From NCBI RefSeq assembly GCF_009914755.1, contig NC_060943.1: a stretch of 64,000 nucleotides of DNA, one strand, 5' to 3'. This DNA comes from the human T2T-CHM13v2.0 reference genome, Homo sapiens. The position numbers and the translations under genes were made by a program. Of this stretch, positions 57,882-64,000 are shown in pieces; within the stretch, counting starts at the first letter, position 1, and each line of letters starts with the position of its first letter. The notes below the pieces were generated by a model that was given only the letters and a program-made list of their open reading frames with translations, was not told where the DNA came from and made no database searches.

Positions 57882-58792
57882 TTATTAAAATATTTTCGGG
57901 ACCAGAAACCAAAGGAGGATGGTCACTGTCTGCACATATAGTCAATTATATTGAAAGTCCTGTCTCATGCAATTAGGTGAGACAAGAAATATATAATCTG
58001 TAAAGAAGAAAGAAAGCTAAGTTCCTCGCCCCCTTAAAATATATCTTAAATGTCATTTTCACTGTAAGTCCTACTATGAACACCTGATTTACTGTTTCAC
58101 CCCATCCTTACCAACTTTACTTCTCAGCTGTATCCTGCTCTATAGGACCCATCATTTTCTAATACACTATCAGCCGAATAACATGGGTGCTTTGCTTACT
58201 GCTTACTGTCTGTTTCTATCAACTAAGTCTAAGTTCCATGTAGGCAATTTTCTTTTTAATTTTGTGTGTTGATATACCCCATATAATGAAAAAATGACCT
58301 GACCCACAAAAAATATGCAATAATTTTTTTTGAGGGGCAGAGCCTTGCTATGTTGTCCAGGCTGGAGTTCAGTGGCATGATCACAGCTAACAGCAGCCTC
58401 GAACTCTCAAAACTCTTGGGTTCAAAGGATCCTCCTGCTTCTGCCTCCCAAAGTGCTGGTATTGCAAGTGGGAGCCGCTGCACCTGGTCTCAATAAATAG
58501 TTTTTGAAACACTGAAGAAATATGACATACCAATTTCCTATTCATTTTTACCTCTCCAGAAATTCTGTCTAATTCATTCACTGTCTCTACCTTCAAGTTA
58601 CCTTTGTTCTATGGGATGACTAAAAAACTCACACACAGCTCTATATTCTGCTACCAAAACCTTCAAAGCGGCCAGGAATCCAGCAGAGCCATATTCTCAC
58701 CTTCATTCTCTTTCTCCTTAGATCTTGCTGTCCTCTGCTTACCTACCCTACAGATCAATTTTATTTTTACTTTTTCATTTTTTCCTACATAG

Positions 58793-60060
58793 GGTGCTCC
58801 TCAGCTACTTCTGTCATTCCTATTAGATATCTTTATGATTCACCATTAATAGTTTCAGTAATATACACAATACTCAAATGTTCTTCGCAAATAACCTCCA
58901 TTCTCCTTACAGATGGTCGCTGCAATTACAGGTGAAGTGATAACCACTTCCCAGCAAAAAGGTGAGATCAGGGAGTTCCAAATCTTTATCTCAGGTTCAG
59001 ATGTCCTTTCCACACCTGTACAGATGCCGTCACTCCATCATTCTGACACCAGATGCCAAGTGAGTAACTCATGCTTTTCAAGTAAGTTTCAGGTCCTTAG
59101 ATGGAAACTATCTCAGAAAATTCAGTATTAATTGTTCTCTGTAAAACATTTCTGGGTTTGGAACACGAAAGAGTTTATATAGCAGGAAGGTCATTTGCTG
59201 AGAAAACTAGACACACATAGCATCCTGTCTATATGCCACAGATAAAGACTTGATGCTACAGACATGTTAAGAACAGTTAGATGACAATGGTGAGCTCTTG
59301 GTACTGTGCAGATACCTGGTGTCTGTGAGAGAGGTGCTGATATGTGCATTTCTTCTGTGAAACAGCAGGTTGTGCAAACTGGAATCTGTAATGTCTCCAC
59401 ATTCTGTCATCAGCAGAAGACTCTGAACATTTTTCTACCGTTTAAATGAGTCTCAATTATCCAATTTATAATAATGCAAATTTTACTTACAGATAAATAT
59501 GGGGGAGTAGAGGAGGGTTGTGAGTTTCAGCCATGAAAAATTCATGGAGCTTAAAAATTCCTAAGTATCTCACCCTGCAAACAGATAATTATATTTCTAA
59601 AAGTGTCTTGACATTCTCATTCTCATGTACTCACAGTACTCTTCTCTATCCTCAAAGTTTCTGAATTGCTTCTCTGTTCCTGTCTCCTCTGTTATTCTGC
59701 CTCCCTCCTCCCTTCCTTGCCTAGTTTAAGTGGATTTTTAGCAAACAAAAGTGTTGACTAGAGGCTGTGAGTGAAGGGCATTTTTACCTCCCCTGGCCCC
59801 CAGTGTAGATTCCTCTTCTGTCTACACAGAATCCTTCAGATCAGGATAAAATTGAGCCTTCCTTACTAGTTACTACGATTTTTGAAGAATTGGTGTGATT
59901 GATAACCACAGCAACAGTGTTTGGACTTTAGAGAAACTTTATTCATGCCCACACTATGTCTACTGACCTACATTTTGTTACTTAAATTCATTTTAAGATT
60001 TCTCTTCCAAAAGTTTTCCAGTTATTCTCCTCTTTTGATTCATTGATCCCCTATATTTTT
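58793..60060 (+). pseudogene. Putative class C GPCR relic, copy C (exon 2 58793-59059, exon 3 remnants)
   Basis: Acceptor cctacatag|g; VAAITG...QMP; donor |gtgagt at 59060; downstream QTGIC (~59375), V(*L)ITTA (~59893) and HFKISLPKVFQ (~59990). Confidence 0.5.
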
Positions 60061-60728
60061 ATTTTACCAGTAATTTCATAACTTCTCTTAATATTAAAAT
60101 ATTTTAATGAATATTTGGAATAAACGTATGTGTCTATGGTGAATACTCACTGGGACACACTATACCCCTCCTTCTTCCACAACCTCAACCTAAGGAAGGA
60201 ACACTGTCTACAAGTGGTGAGGATCCTTCCAGATAGATTTCCATTAATTTACATAAATTTTGCAAGATCTCCCTTAACTCACCTCTGCTTGACTTACTGC
60301 TGAGTAAATTCTTTCTCCATATTCCCTTCATGTAACGTGCTAATCAGTGACCATAAATCACACATGATTGTTACTGGTAGAATCAATGCTTTCAACTCCA
60401 ACACGTCTGTCTCCACAGGTTGATGTATATATTTATCAACAGGGAGTTTTCTCCTCCCAAAAGTAATGCCATTTGCTCTATTTATTCAATGGCATAAGTG
60501 GTTTACTGTAATAAAAACTACTAAACTATAATCACAAAAAGGAAAACTTTTTATTTTTATAAAGCCTAAATAAAATGTGCCAGAAACAAAAATTAGAGAT
60601 TCTTTAAAAATGCTATTGAGGTAAAAGTGAGTGATAAAAGTAGACCTGTATAAATACAAGTCTGTGAATATTCTGTACTCAGAATTTTGACATCTTTAAG
60701 TGTTTTAGCTTACTTTAAAGAACTACCA

Positions 60729-63155
<2,427 letters not shown>

Positions 63156-63208
63156 AAATTCCTGGGCAGATGAAAGTGAGGGGTCGGGGGTCGGGGTCGG
63201 GCGCGGCG

Positions 63209-64000
<792 letters not shown>

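Noticed and set aside
58960-59030. VPNLYLRFRCPFHTCTD resembling CaSR LPNLTLGYRIFDTC
   Set aside because: Position within the exon conflicts with the better-supported register across the three copies; probably chance, so not used as evidence.

Overview
Human-like (primate) genomic DNA. It matches, from recall, the 19q13.43 KRAB zinc-finger cluster: three tandem + strand genes, ZNF530 (exon 1 upstream of the window), ZNF134 and ZNF211. Downstream lies a repeat-rich interval with an ERVL pol relic, a 3'-truncated tRNA-Phe-primed HERV-F-class provirus (5' LTR-gag-pro-pol) and a GC-rich TPRG1L processed pseudogene at the window end. Alus, old L1/L2, MaLR/ERV1 LTRs and Tigger elements are abundant. 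Main observations: (1) three mutually homologous, heavily decayed, multi-exon relics resembling class C GPCR (V2R/CaSR-type) extracellular-domain genes interleaved between the ZNF genes; (2) ZNF134 has lost its KRAB module, its ancestral start is now a 16-aa uORF, and its predicted ATG lies inside the dead KRAB-B exon; (3) an inverted+direct templated copy of ZNF134 downstream DNA sits behind ZNF530; (4) an LTR promoter and a CpG-rich retrocopy lie upstream of where ZSCAN4 is expected. All identifications are by eye and recall; no database search was run.
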